Origin: Heterodontus francisci
Taxonomy: Eukaryota
Direction: 5' to 3'
DNA: 64,000 bases
Assembly (NCBI RefSeq): GCF_036365525.1
Contig: NC_090380.1
Coordinates: forward strand, 89,606,708 to 89,670,707
Part shown: piece by piece, positions 12,481 to 25,358 of the stretch
Layout: the number at the start of each line of letters is the position of its first letter
How positions within the stretch are numbered: the first letter of the stretch is position 1
Notes under the pieces: generated by a model
Databases searched by the model: none
Told to the model about the DNA's origin: nothing
Seen by the model: the letters and a program-made list of their open reading frames with translations, nothing else
Made by a program: the position numbers and the translations under genes

Positions 12481-12766
12481 AGTGCAGTGCAGTCCAGTCA
12501 GGTGGATAGCAAAGACTCGGGCTGAGGGAAGGGAACAGGGGGGGAAAAAGATACAGCACCAGATTGCAACATCAGTCAGTGAACATTTATGGGAAAAAAC
12601 TTCCATCCTCTTTATCCCGTGCAATTTACAAGACGAAATCACTCATTTAGCAGGAAAACTGAGTCCGAATCCAGGAGCTTTTAATAGTTCCAAGATTCCC
12701 CCCCTCCCTCAAAATAAGTAGACTTTTGGGTAATTTAGTTTAGTTTTATATTCTATATATTTGTTA

Positions 12767-12833
12767 ATGGCTCCTGCTGTAAACCTGAGGCAAGTTCTGG
12801 TGGAAATTCCAAACCCGCAGCCTAAGATTGCTG
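12767..12833 (+). CDS. Cut8/Sts1-domain protein, exon 1 (MAPAVNLRQVLVEIPNPQPKIA)
   Basis: ATG 12767 with +4 G; strong donor G|GTGAGT; 67 nt, phase 1, joins exon 2 in frame. Confidence 0.72.
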
Positions 12834-13756
12834 GTGAGTAAAAACCCAGTTTTAAATAGACGCGGAAAAAATAAGGCGCTTAACTGAGACGAGGCGATGG
12901 GGGAGGGAAGGGGAGTGCAGTCGTTTGCCAGTTTAAAAAATACTGAAAGTCAATATAACGGTAATATACACAAAGTATTGCATCTGTGAAGTTAAACTAT
13001 CGATCTGTGTTGTTCTTGTCAGAAAAAGCTGAGTTATGTGCTTTAAGGAGATAGTCGTTTTACCGTGGTATTGGCGGGCAGATGAGAAAGCGGTTTTCGC
13101 CATCCTGCATATGCATACAAAATGTATCTTTTTAAACTTAAAATTAGAAAATATTGTGGGGGTAATCCAAGTAAATAAACCTAATGTATAAAGTTGATTT
13201 ATTAATTAGAAACAAATTGAGGGCATAGTTCACTATCGTAGGAAATCGAATTTGCAGTAGGCGCCAAACGTGAGCCAGCAATTAAAGGGTGTCATTAGTT
13301 TACCATCATAAAATACAAATTTTATTGTTCTGACAGATATTTAAATGTATAGTGTATTGATCAATAATCAATACAATGTATTTTATAGTGTAAAAACAAA
13401 ATGCATAACTAATAATGACTACATACAAAAGTAAAGTACTGCAGTTGCTGGAAGTGCTCAGCAGGTCAGGTAGCATCTGTGGAGAGAAAGTTACCAGATA
13501 TGATCTGATCGAGAAATTTTGGGAACAAATAAAACGAAGTACAGAAATTTATTCTTTCTACCTTATCCATGAATGTGGTGTGATTTTTTTTTTTAAAAAT
13601 CCAAACCCTAAAGCTAACCTTTTAGACATGTCATGAGACCCCTGTTGGCCAGTCTCTTCACCTTCGGCTTCATTGCGTGCCTGGTTAAATAAATGATAGC
13701 CACATTTATAATGGATTTTAAACTTCAAGTAATACAAAAATCAGCTCAAATCCAAT

Positions 13757-14890
13757 TGAGCCAATTGCCACCCCATCAGTCCACACACAATTATCAGCAA
13801 AGTGATGGAAGGTGTTGTCTCCAAATGACTTCAGACCCACAGCAATGTGGTTGACTCTTAAATGGCCTAGCAAACCATTCTCAGTTCAAGGGCAATTAGG
13901 GATGGGCAATAAATGCTGGCCTAGCCAGCGATGCCCACATTCCACAAACAAACAAATAAAAAAATTGGTGGTGGGGCAGTACTCTCCACTGGCTGGAGTC
14001 ATACCTGATTGTTGGAGGCCAGTCAGAAAGCTTTGCAGGTTCGTGTCCTACACCCAACCATTCTTCAGCTGCTGCCTCAATGATCTTCCCTCCATCATGA
14101 GGTCAGAAGTGGAGACATATGCTGATGATTGCAATGTTCAATTCCTTTCACAACTCCTCAGATAATGAAGCATGACCTGGACAACATTCAGGCTTGTGCT
14201 GATAAGTGGCAAGTAACATTAACATTCGTGCTATACAAGTGGCAGCTAATCGGCATCTCCAATAGGAGTCTAACCATTTTCCCTTGACATTCAACAGTAC
14301 TACCATTGCCAAATCCACCCCCCCCCCTCAACCATCAACATCCTAGGGGTCACCATTGATCTGAAACTTAACTGGATGAACCCCATAAATACTGTGGCTA
14401 CAAGAACAGGTCAGAGGCTGGGTATTCTGTGAAGAGTAACCCCCTCTCCACTCCCACCATTTACATGTCGTAAGTTAGCAGAGTGATGGAAAACTCCCCA
14501 CTAGCCTGGATGAGTGTAGCCCTAACAACACTTAAGCTTGACACCCATCCAGAACAAAGCTGGCCACTTGTTCGATACCCCATTCACCACCTTAAATATT
14601 CACTCCCTCCACCACCGGTGTACTGTGGCTGCAGTGTGTACCATCTATAAGATGGACTACAGCAACCCACCAAGACTTCTGCAATGGCATCTTCCGAACC
14701 CACAAGTTCTACTGCCAAGAAGAACATGGGCAGCAGGCAAGTGGAAATGCTGCCACCTACAAATTCCTTTCCAAGCCACACACCATCAGACTTGGAACTA
14801 TATCGCCGCTCTTTCTTCATCGTTGGGCCAAAATCCTGGAACTCCCTTCTCAGCAGCACTGTGGATGTACTTGCGCCACGTGGACTGCAG
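13757..14890 (+). mobile_element. CR1-group LINE fragment (second family) with nested SINE tail
   Basis: LNDLPSIMRSEVETYADDC RT motif; SLHHRCTVAAVCTIYKM; same family as 58143-59050. Confidence 0.8.
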
Positions 14891-15306
14891 CAATTTACAA
14901 ATTATTATGGATTTTGTTTCACTGCCTCTGGTAGGGGATTCCATGTCCTATCAATTTCAAATATTCAGCTTTTTTGATTATCTTAACTTGTACCCTGTAT
15001 GAAAGAAATATTTCTACTTTGCAAAATTCACTTAAAAACACAACTGGTGTTTATAAGGCAGTACATAGTGTAAGTGCTTATGGTAGTATATAGCGTAGTG
15101 AACAAAATATACTTCTTTAAAAATCTTTTTTTAATCCTCCTGGACCAAACATATGCCACAGTAGATGACTGCAGGGATGCTTGGTTGTCCCTTTGACATG
15201 TGCATTTGCCTTTGAAATAATGGAAGCAAAATAACTTGCAGGTGCTGTCACATAAATAAGCCAAAATTCTGTTGAATAATGTTTAAAATACCTTTTGTCC
15301 CTTCAG

Positions 15307-15459
15307 TCCACCTGCGCAGGTCCTATGAAGATATTCTGAATTCTACAAGAACACCGTCACAGTTAACAACACTTCATGTCAATATTCCAACGTCTTTCCG
15401 AAGAACAGACAACATCTCATCAGATGATTGTTTCGTTCAAAATCTGAATGTTACGCCAG
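15307..15459 (+). CDS. Cut8/Sts1-domain protein, exon 2
   Basis: Acceptor TTTTGTCCCTTCAG|, donor CAG|GTCTGT; 153 nt open, phase 1/1 (VHLRRSYEDILNSTRTPSQL...NLNVTP). Confidence 0.68.
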
Positions 15460-15699
15460 GTCTGTTTGTGTGTGTGTGTGTATTTTCCTCATAGTATAAT
15501 GATTAATAAGGCATCAGCCATCTTCATCCCATTTTTCTTTTAAGAAATTTAAAGAGGAATTGGGCTATTCTAATGCCTCTCTTGGGTTGTCACCAGGAGT
15601 ACAATAACAATCTGGCAGAGATGGGGAGTTCATCCCTTTTTCCACTCCCACTATCTGGTGAGATGGGGAGTTCAACAGAGTTGAAAGTTAACCTGTATT

Positions 15700-16225
15700 G
15701 GGCTACTTAGCACTCTGTAGGTACCACAAGTACAGGAGTAGGCCATTTAGCCCCTCAAGCCCAGGGTGCAGCTCCGACAACACAAGAAGCTCAACACTAT
15801 CCAGGACAAAGAAGCCTGCTTGATTGGCACCCCATCCACTACCTTCAACATTCACTCCCTTCACCACTGATGTACAGTGGCAGCAGTGTGTACCAGCTAC
15901 AAGATGCACTGCAGAAACTCACCAAGCCTTCTTCGATAGCACCTTCCAAACCCATGACCTCTACCATCTAGAAGTACAAGGGCAGCAGATGCATGCAGAC
16001 ACCACCACCTGCCGGTTCCCCTCCAAGCCGTACACCATCCTGACTTGGAACTATATTACCATTCCTTCACTGTTACTGGGTCAACATACTGGAACTCCCT
16101 TCCTAACAGCAGTGTACTTACACCCGAGGACTGCAGTGGTTCAAGAAGGAAGCTCACCACCACCTTCTCAAGGGCAATTAAGGATGGGCAACGACCATAT
16201 CCCTCAAACGAAAATTAAAAAAAAA
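15700..16225 (+). mobile_element. CR1-group 3' fragment (second family)
   Basis: ACTATCCAGGACAAAG..TTGATTGGCACCCCATCC and CACCACCTTCTCAAGGGCAATTA tail. Confidence 0.8.
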
Positions 16226-16736
16226 AGTCTGCTCCACCATCCACTGAGATCATGGCTGATCTGACTGAACTCCATATACCAGCCTTTGCACCATGTTCCT
16301 TAATAGAATTGTGTTAACCAAAGCTATCATATTCATTTTAAATTAACAATTCATATAGCATCAATTATTGTTTCCGGAAAACTTACAAACTTCTACCACC
16401 CTTTGTGCGTAGAAGTACTTCTTAATTTTACTCCTGAAAGGTTGGGCTCCAATTTTTAGACTATGCCCACCAGCCCTAGACTCCCCCAGCCAGTAGAAAT
16501 AGTTTCTACCTACTAGTATCTGTTCCCCTTAATATCTTACACTTCGATCAAATCACCCAACTACTTCTAAATTTCAGGGAATACAGCACTAGTTTGTATA
16601 ATCTCTCCTTGCAATTTAACCCTTGGAGTCCAGGTATCATTCTAGTAAACCTATGTTGCACGCATTCCAAGTACAAAATATCCTTCCTAAGGTGTGCCCA
16701 GAACTACTCCAGGTATGGCCTAACCAGGGGTTTGTG

Positions 16737-18955
16737 TAAGAACATACAAACATATAAATTAGGAGTAGGCCACTCGGCCCCTCGAGCCTGCTCTGCCATT
16801 CAATAAGTTCATGGCTGAACTGATTGCTCCACATTTCCACCTACCCCCGATAATCTTCCACTCCCTTGCTTATTAAGAATCTATCTACCTCTGCCTTAAA
16901 AATATTCAAAGACTCTGCTTCCACTGCCTTTTGTGGAAGAGAATTCCAAAGACTCTCAACCCTCTGAGAAAAGATTTATCTTCATCTCTATCTTAAATGG
17001 GCGACCCTTTATTTGTAAACAGTGACTCTTAGATTCTAGATTCTCCCACAAGGGGAAACATCCTACCCACCTCCATCCTGTCAAGACCCCTCCGGATCTT
17101 GTATGTTTCAATCAAGTCACCTCTTCCTCTTCTAAATTCCAGCCGATACAAGCCTAGTCTGACCAATCTTTCCTTGTAAGACAGCCCGCTCATTCAAGTT
17201 ATTAGTCTAGTAAACCTTCTCTGTACTGCCTCCAATGCATTTACATCCTTAAATAAAGAGACCAGCACTGTACACAGTACTCCAGATGTGGTCTCACCAA
17301 TGCCCTGTACGGTTGAAGCATAACCTCCCTACTTTTGCATTCAATTCCCCTTGTGATAAATGATATTTTATTAGCTTTCCTAATTACATGCTGTACCTGC
17401 ATACTAACCTTTTGTGATTCATGCACCAAGACACCCAAATCCCTCTGCATCTCGGAGCTCTGCAATTTCTCATCATTTAGATAATATGGTTCTTTTTTTA
17501 TTCTTCCTACCAAAGTGGACGATTTCCCACTTTCCCACATTATACTCCATTTGCCAGGTCTTTGCCCACTCACTTAACTTATCTATATCCCTTTGTAGTC
17601 ACCTTATGTCCTTCACAAGTTACTTTCCTACCTATCTTTGTGTCATCAGCAAATTTAGCAACCATACCTTAGGTCCCTTCATCTAAGTCATTTATATAAA
17701 TGGTAAAATGTTCAGGTCCTAGCACAGATCCCTGTGGCACACCACTCGTTGCATCTTGCCAACCAGAAAATGACCCATTTATGTCTACTCCCTGTTTCCT
17801 GTTAGCTAGCCAATTTTCAATCCATGCCAATATGTTACCCCCTACATCATGAGCTTTTATTTTCTGCAATAAACTCTGATGTGGCACCTTATCAAATGCC
17901 TTCTGGAAATCTAAGTACAATACATCCACCGGGTTGCCTTTATCCACAGCACATGTTGTTACTTCAAAGAACTCCAATAAATTGGTTAAACATGATTTCC
18001 CTTTCACAAAACCATGTTGACTCTGCCTGATTACCGTGAATTTTTCTAAATGCCCTGCTATACTGTCTTTAATAGCTTCCAACATTTTCCCTAAGTCAGA
18101 TGTTAAGCTATTGAGCCTGTAGTTTCCTGCTTTCTGCCTCCCTCATGTTTGAATAAAGGAGTTACATTCACTATTTTCCAATCTAACGGAACCTTCCCTG
18201 AATCTAGGGAATTTTGGAAAATTAAAACTAATGCATCAACTATCTCACTAGCCACTTCTTTTAAGACCCTCGGATGAAGTCCATCAGCCACAGCTCCAAC
18301 AATTTGTTCAGTACCGCTTTCTTGGTGATTGTAATTTTCTTGAGTTCCTCCCTCCCTTCCATTTCCTGACTTACAGCTAATACTGGGATGTTACTTGTAT
18401 CCTCAATAGTGAAGGTCCGATGCAAAATACCTGTTCATTTCATTTGCCATCTCCTTATTATCCATTATTAATTCCCCAGCCTCACTTTCTATAGGACCAA
18501 CGCTCACTTTAACTCTTTTCTTTCTTTTTAAAACATAGAAACTCTTACTATCTGTCTTTATATTTCTAGCTAGTTTTCTCTTGTACTCTAATTTTACTTT
18601 CCTTATCAATCTTAGTCATTCTTTGCTGTTTTTTATATTCTGTCCAATCTTCTGACCTGCCTCCCATCTTTGCGCAATTATAGGCTTTTTCTTTAAGTTT
18701 GATACTATCTTTAACTGTTTTAGTTAACCACGGATGGCGGGTCCCACCCTTGGAATTTTTCTTTCTCATTGAAATGTATTTATTCTGTGTATTCTGAAAT
18801 ATCCCCTTAAATGTCTGCCACTGCATCTCTATTGACCTATCCTTTAACCTGATTTGCCAGTTCACTTTAGCTAGCTCTGCTTTCATGCCCTCATAATTGC
18901 CCTTATTTAAGTTTAAAATACTAGTCTTGGACCCACTCTTCTCTCCCTCAAGCTG
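16737..18955 (-). mobile_element. CR1 LINE (2.2 kb) nested in an older CR1 (16226-19110)
   Basis: [57 protein letters not shown]; the older CR1 resumes after ~18955. Confidence 0.9.
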
Positions 18956-19109
18956 AAGCAAGACTTCCACCTCCTTGTATTCTCATCCTCTAGGTATAGA
19001 GGCCAGCATTCTATTAGCCTTTTCGATTCTTTCATGTACCTGTTCATGACATTTTAATGATCCAGGACACCCAAGTCTCTTTGGAGCTCCACTGTTTCTA
19101 GCTTTTCAA

Positions 19110-20015
19110 TGAAGGAATTGTGCTATATTTTCAAGTCAAGATGGTGTGTCAGTTGGAGGGGAACTTGCAGGTGGTGGTGTTCCCATGCACTTGCTACCCT
19201 TGTCCTTCTAGGGGGGAGAGGTCGTGGGTTTGGGAGTTGCTGTCAAAGAAGCCTTGGCAGGTTGAAGTGCATCTTGTAGATGGTATACATGCAGCCATGA
19301 TATCCCGATGGTGGACGAGTGAATCTTGAGTGTTGGAAATGTGCTCATCCAGGCAAGTGGAGAGTGTTCCATCACACTCCTGAATTGTTCCTTGCAGATG
19401 GTGGCAGGCTTTGCAGAATCAGGTGCTGAGTCACTCGCCGCAGAAGTCCCAACCTCTGACCTGCTCTTGTAGCCAGAGTATTTAAATGGCTGGTCCAGTT
19501 AAGCTTCTGGTTAGTGATGACCCCCAGGATGTTGATGGTATTTGGCAATGGTAATGCTATAGAACATCAAGGGAAGGTGGTTAGTCACTTTCTTGTTGGG
19601 TATGGTCATTGCCCATTGCTTGTGTGGCACAAATGTTACTTGCCACTTATCAACCCATGCCTGAATGTTCAGGTTTTGCTGCCTGCAGGCACAGACTACT
19701 TAATTATGAAGAGTTGCAAGCAAAATTGAATATTGTGCAATCATCAGCGAACATTCCCATTTCTGACCTTTTGATGATGGAGGGAAGGTAATTGATGAGG
19801 CAGCTGCAGGGATTTCCTGGGGCTGAGATGATTGGCCTCCAACAACCACAACAATTTTCCTTTGTGCTGGGTATGACTTCCACCAGTGGAGAGTTTTCCC
19901 CAAATTCCCATTGATTTAAATTTTACAAGGGCTTCTTGACATACTCTGTCAAATGCTGCCTTGATGTAAAGGACAATTACTCCCACCTCACCTATGGAGT
20001 TCAGCTATTTTGTCC
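19110..20015 (-). mobile_element. CR1-group fragment (second family)
   Basis: Minus-strand IKAAFDRVCQEALVKFKSMGI and KIVVVVGGQSSQPQEI. Confidence 0.75.
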
Positions 20016-20017
20016 AT

Positions 20018-20346
20018 AGTCATGGAGAGATACAGCACTGAAACAGGCCCTTCAGCCCACTGAGTCTGTGCCAACAAACAACCATCCATTTATACTAATC
20101 CTACATTAATCCCATATTCCCTACCACATCCCCACCATTCTCCTACCACCTACCTACACTAGGGGCAATTTACAATGGCCAATTTACCTATCAACCTGCA
20201 AGTTTTTGGCTGTGGGAGGAAACCAGAGCACCTGGCGGAACCCACGCGGTCACAGGGAGAACTTGCAAACTCCGCACAGGCTGTACCCAGAACCAAACCC
20301 AGGACGCTGGAGCTGTGAGGCTGCGGTGCTAACCACTGTGCCGCCC
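20018..20346 (-). mobile_element. HE1-type V-SINE, near full length
   Basis: Reverse complement of the 35104-35445 element. Confidence 0.9.
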
Positions 20347-20747
20347 ATGTTTGGACTATGGCCGTAGAATGGAGCTTGAACCTATAACCCTACTGACTTA
20401 GAATCGAGAGTGCGTTCGCTGAGTTGAGGTCCAGAATGATCTTCCTGGCCAAATTTATAGCAAAAGTTGTAACTTCAAGCCAAGCATTTAAGATAATACC
20501 ATTTTTCTGATTTGCTATTCATGAATTGCTTAGTCCAGGTCCTTGCTGGAGGACCAATAAAACTGCTACAACTGTAGTAGGTAGACTGAAGTTATCGACA
20601 GCTCCTGTGGTTATTTGGTTAATAGGTAGGAGCTCTGAAACCTTGCACTCTCATACCATCTTTGCTTATACTTGACTGTCAGTAGCCATTAGCTGTTATC
20701 TATCTTGTCATTTTGCTGTAAGTACATTTTAGTTTTCCTTTCAACAG

Positions 20748-20870
20748 AAAATATTTCTGAAGTCTCATCTTTTGTCAGAAGAAAATTTGGAAACGGAAGA
20801 AGATTGTGCTTCAGTTCACCAGCAGCTTCCAACTATCAGACAAAAACATTGCAAAATGGTAACGAGAAAG
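20748..20870 (+). CDS. Cut8/Sts1-domain protein, exon 3
   Basis: Acceptor TTTTCCTTTCAACAG|; 123 nt open (ENISEVSSFVRRKFGNGRRLCFSSPAASNYQTKTLQNGNEK); donor AAG|GTGTGT. An alternative in-frame donor ATG|GTAACG lies at 20858. Confidence 0.7.
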
Positions 20871-21253
20871 GTGTGTGAGATGGCATATAATACAAGCCTG
20901 AGTATTTCCCAGTGTTTACTTTGCATCCAAATCCAGATCATTTAGAATTTAGTGTTGGAGATCATTGTCCTCCGTGGGTGCAGATGCTATACAGTTGTCT
21001 TCATTTTCATATATGATTGACAGTTAAGTATGACTTGTGAAATGCTGTTTCTTACTTCCAAGGCAAGACATCTGTGCAGTGCTGGTGATTCCTTTGCTAT
21101 GCCAACTGTCAGTAAAGCAAATGCACACAACTAAAGCATTACAATAGAATTCCGAGAATAGTTTTGTAATGTTGGAAAATGATGACAACTGCCATAAAAA
21201 GCAAAACATTTCCATGAAAGACAAAATTTAGCTCATTTCTTTTTCCTCCTTAG

Positions 21254-21384
21254 AACTGCCTTTCAAGAAACAGCGACTGAATTTTAAGCCAGGTTCAAAT
21301 TTAGAATTCAAACTGAATGACCTCGCGTCATCCCAGCTTGTGCGTACTCTTTTATTGCACAGATATCCAGAACTTGATGATGAG
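21254..21384 (+). CDS. Cut8/Sts1-domain protein, exon 4
   Basis: Acceptor TTTTCCTCCTTAG|, donor GAG|GTATGT; ELPFKKQRLNFKPGSNLEFKLNDLASSQLVRTLLLHRYPELDDE; phase 1 to 0. Confidence 0.82.
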
Positions 21385-21439
21385 GTATGTACTTGCGTTA
21401 CAACAGTAATTTAATACTTCATAAACTTAATTTCTTACA

Positions 21440-21910
21440 TCTCAGATGGACTGGAGTCTGGTTCCTGAGATGAGAGGGTTATCCAATAATGAGAAGCTGA
21501 GTAAATTGGGTTTATATTCTCTGAAGCATAAAAAAAAATCTAATTGAAAGATACAAGATTCTGAAGGGGCTTGACACTGCGAGGTTATTTCCCCTGGCTA
21601 GGGAATCTAGAACACAGGTGCATTTGCAGAATAAGGGGACAATCATTTAGGATTGAGAAGAGGAAAACCTCTTCGCTGAAAAGGTTGTGAATCTTGGGAA
21701 TTCTGTACCCTAGAGGGTTGTAGATGATCCATCGTTGAGTATATTTCAGGCTGGGATAGATAGAGTTTTGGTTTCTCAGGGAATTGAGAGATATGGGGAG
21801 CAGGCAGGAAAGTGGAATTGAGGGAGAAGATCAGCCATGATATTGAATGACAGAGCAGGCTTGAAGCGCCATATCATCTAATCTTGCTCCTGTTTCTTGT
21901 GTTCTTATGA
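21440..21910 (+). mobile_element. CR1 3' fragment
   Basis: GGTTGTGAATCTTGGGAATTCT (RVVNLWNSL-like) and tail TCTTGTGTTCTTATG. Confidence 0.8.
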
Positions 21911-22021
21911 CCAATGCTTCCCTGTGGTAATTGTACCTTGACGAGATTTCAATTTACACCATGAATAAGGGTGTGTTTAGTTTGGAGATACGTCAAACTA
22001 TTATTTTTTTTCCTAAAACAG

Positions 22022-22183
22022 GACTTGAAATTGGTTCTTCCATCATTAAACTTGAAATTTGCTCAGGAACAGCTGGAGTTGAGTAAAATCAACATGTACC
22101 GATCAATACCTCGATGGCGCTTGGGTTCCAATAGAGATGCATACTGCTACCGAAAAGCACATGTCCATCTTCAGGCTTTTAAG
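22022..22183 (+). CDS. Cut8/Sts1-domain protein, exon 5
   Basis: Acceptor TTTTTTCCTAAAACAG|, donor AAG|GTTTGT; 162 nt DLKLVLPSLNLKFAQEQLELSKINMYRSIPRWRLGSNRDAYCYRKAHVHLQAFK. Confidence 0.85.
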
Positions 22184-22489
22184 GTTTGTGTTCTTCAACA
22201 AAATTGCTTTTAAACACTGAGTGGAAGGTCATCAAATGGGTTTGTTTTCTGTTCAATCTTCTACCTTTCTCTTTTTAAGTTACTAATATACTTCAATATA
22301 ATTTCACGGCTCCCATTAGCCTTCCGTACCTCGCTTATTTGTCAGCTCAGTAAGTGCAGCAGGCTATTTGATAGTAATGCTTAAATCTATTCTCATTACA
22401 TGCATGTTCTAGTCAAGGTCTGTGAATGATCAATGTAAAATCTTTATTTATTTTGAAACAAATCCTGAGGCCTGAGGATGTTGCATGAA

Positions 22490-22935
22490 CTGGGGAATTT
22501 GAGGAAAGATTGAATAGGCTAGAGTTGTTTTCTTTGGAACAGAGGAGGCTGCGGGGAGACCTAATTGAAGTGTATAAAATTGAGGGGTCTAGCTAGAGAG
22601 GATAGGAACGCCCTATTCCCCTTAGTTGAAGGGTCCATAACCAGGGGGTATAGGTTTAGGGCAAGAGGTAGGACATGTAGAGGGGATTTGAGGGGAATTT
22701 TTCTTCACCCAGAGGATGGTGAGGATTTGAAACTCACTACCTGAGAGGATGGTAGAAGGAGAAACCCACAACATTTAAAAAGTACTTGGATATGAACTTG
22801 AAGTGTTGTAACCTACAAGGCTACAGACCAAGAACTGGATACTGAGATTGGGCTGGATGGCTAATTGTTGGCCAGTGTGGACAGGACTGGATGAATGACC
22901 TCCTTCCATGTAGTAAATTTCTACGATTCTATGAA
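22490..22935 (+). mobile_element. CR1 3' fragment
   Basis: LFSLEQRRLRGDLIEVYKI-like sequence; TTCTACGATTCTATG tail. Confidence 0.8.
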
Positions 22936-24059
22936 ATGTAATGCTCCCAACTGTTTATAGATTTTATCTTAAATGTGTTGAGTTTTAATAAAAGGCTCAA
23001 TACTACTGCACTATGCATTTACTTACTAGGAAGGGATGTATTTACATTCTTGAAAAAATTTCTCTTCACAAGTGGGTATTGATAACATGAGTTTGGGTAT
23101 GGTTTGAATAGAGTTCTGGATTCCACTAAGGGAGCTGAGCTGACCACTACTAAACCTAGGGGGCAAATTTGGTCATCTGCTGTTGTGTGAAATGGGGTCA
23201 TGGCGAATCAGCAGTCTGCTTTACATTGTGCTCAATTTTCTTTTTCTGTTGAAGTTAATTGAAAAGATAGTTGTGTGTATTGTAAGAAGTTGCCTATTTG
23301 CTATGAGTCTATTTTGTACTACTGGTGGAAAAACATTCTCCCCACTGCCCATCTTTCAAGGTTTACAGGATAAATAACAGATGAGCAAGCCCATCATGGC
23401 ATCCAAAAGGACTTCAACTTTTTTTTTCTCTCACTGAAAATAAATCGCAATATCCAACTTTTTTTGCAGGGTTTTGCCTCCATTACCTTGCCTAGAATGT
23501 TGTTCCATGTTAACTTTGTATGAATAGCTTGCTTGCTTCAGTCCCCAAAACGTGTTTTTTACTGGTCTGCATCTATACACCCCCTTGTCCTGTCAAAGTC
23601 TACACTGAAGTAATATTCTGGATCTCCTTTTACATAACGTCATACTATCTTCTGGTCACTTCCTTTTGAAGGATTAAAAAGTTTAAATTTCTCCAGTCAT
23701 CCACAGCTTGAATGGCTTGGTCACTAGATGTGGCTTGTGCTCGCTATTAGGTTATATAGTTCAACATTCTATCTACTTTGTTGCTGTGCAGTGATTTGCC
23801 AGTTGACTACTGCTGTCTACTAAAAGCTTGCAATCTTTCATCCTCCCCCTTTGGCTATTTTAGTTATTAAATTTCATCTACATTGTTCTGCTTGCTTAAG
23901 AATTTTGTTAAACTATATTTTAGTTGCCTCCTCTGATTCAACAACGCCATTTGAGTTTGGTTGTACCTGTGAATCTGACTAACTGCAGAATTGAAGCCTC
24001 TACTATAAATTAGAAACAGCACAGGTCCAAACTCTCCCTCCCACCCGTACAAAAATCTT

Positions 24060-24665
24060 TAACTTCACCCCTGCCTCAGCTCATTTGCTGCTGAAACCCT
24101 CATTCACGTCTTAAGTTACCTCTAGACTTGACTATTCCAACACAGTCCTGACTGGTGTCTCATATTCTCTCTAAACTTGTCATCCAAAACACTACTGCCT
24201 GGGTTTTAACTCTCACTAAGTCCCGTGCCCCTAACACTGACCTACATTGGCTCCCAGTCAAGCAATGTCTTGATTTCAGAATTCTCATTCTTGTTTTCAA
24301 ATCCCTTTTATGGCCTTGTCCCTCCCTATCTCTGTAATCTCCTCCAGCCCCACAACCGTCCAAGATATCTGTGCCCCTCTAATTCTGGCCTCTTCCGCAT
24401 CCCTGATTTTAATCACTATCATTGATGGCTGTGCCTTAGCTACCTAGGCCCTAAACTGTGGAATACCCTCCCGATACCTCTCCACCTCCACCTTGTTTTC
24501 CTCCTTTTTAAGATGCTCCTGAAAACCTACCTCCTTGACTAAACATTTGGTCATCTGACCTAATATCTCCTTTTGTGGCTCGGTGTCATACTTTGTTTGA
24601 TGATGCTCCTGTGAAGTGCCTCGCGACGTTTTATTATGCTAAAGGCACTATGTAAAAGTTGTAAC
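24060..24665 (+). mobile_element. L2 LINE 3' fragment
   Basis: TSRLDYSN, DLHWLPVKQCLDFRILILVFKSL, LLKTYL and tail AAAGGCACTATGTAAA. Confidence 0.85.
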
Positions 24666-25131
24666 AAGTACCTGCAACCTACTAGGTTAAATCAACATCA
24701 ACTGTAATTCAAATTCAATATCTTTTAATACTTCCAAGACCCCTATCAACTGTTTTTTCCCTTGCTAATATTGTTAAAAGCGTTTCTTTTCAAAATTAAA
24801 AAATGAAGCACAAAAGTTGCTCCTTTTTGCTGTTGATGTATGCAAAGTTTAAGCATTTCCAATTATGAAGACTGGATGTTTCTGCAACTATTGTCTTTTT
24901 AACTTCAGTTTCCTTGGTCAGGAATTCATGAATGTGAAGGAGGAGAAATTAGGAACTATTTTTCTCTGCTTGTATAGTACCTTCTATCTGTTAAGCCCAG
25001 AGCATCCTGACCTAATGGAAAGATGCTGTCATGTACTACTGATGGGTCATGTGAAAATTCTGTGGATCAAGACAGAAGTGACTTTTTAGAATTTGTTAAT
25101 AATGCATATATTTTATTTTGTTGTCTTGCAG

Positions 25132-25358
25132 AAGATTTGCCTGGAACAAGGGAGACTATTATTGCAATCAGAGTGCTGGGAAACTGCATTAGACTATGTA
25201 CTAATTGCCTGGAGATATACAAGTGAACTTCCTCAGTGGGATAATAGCTTCCATAATGAATGCACGCAACAATGTTTCGCTGCTTTAGCTGTTCAGTGCA
25301 TAACTAGCTTGCAGAGAAGCTGTTTAGAATTGGAGAAGTATAAGCAACTTAAGAAACG
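25132..25358 (+). CDS. Cut8/Sts1-domain protein, exon 6
   Basis: Acceptor TTGTCTTGCAG|AAG, donor CG|GTACAT; 227 nt KICLEQGRLLLQSECWETALDYVLIAWRYTSELPQWDNSFHNECTQQCFAALAVQCITSLQRSCLELEKYKQLKK. Confidence 0.85.

Noticed and set aside
15610-15674. Direct repeat ATCTGG..GAGATGGGGAGTTCA twice with a short spacer, CRISPR-like at a glance
   Set aside because: Only two imperfect copies in a eukaryotic intron; a local duplication
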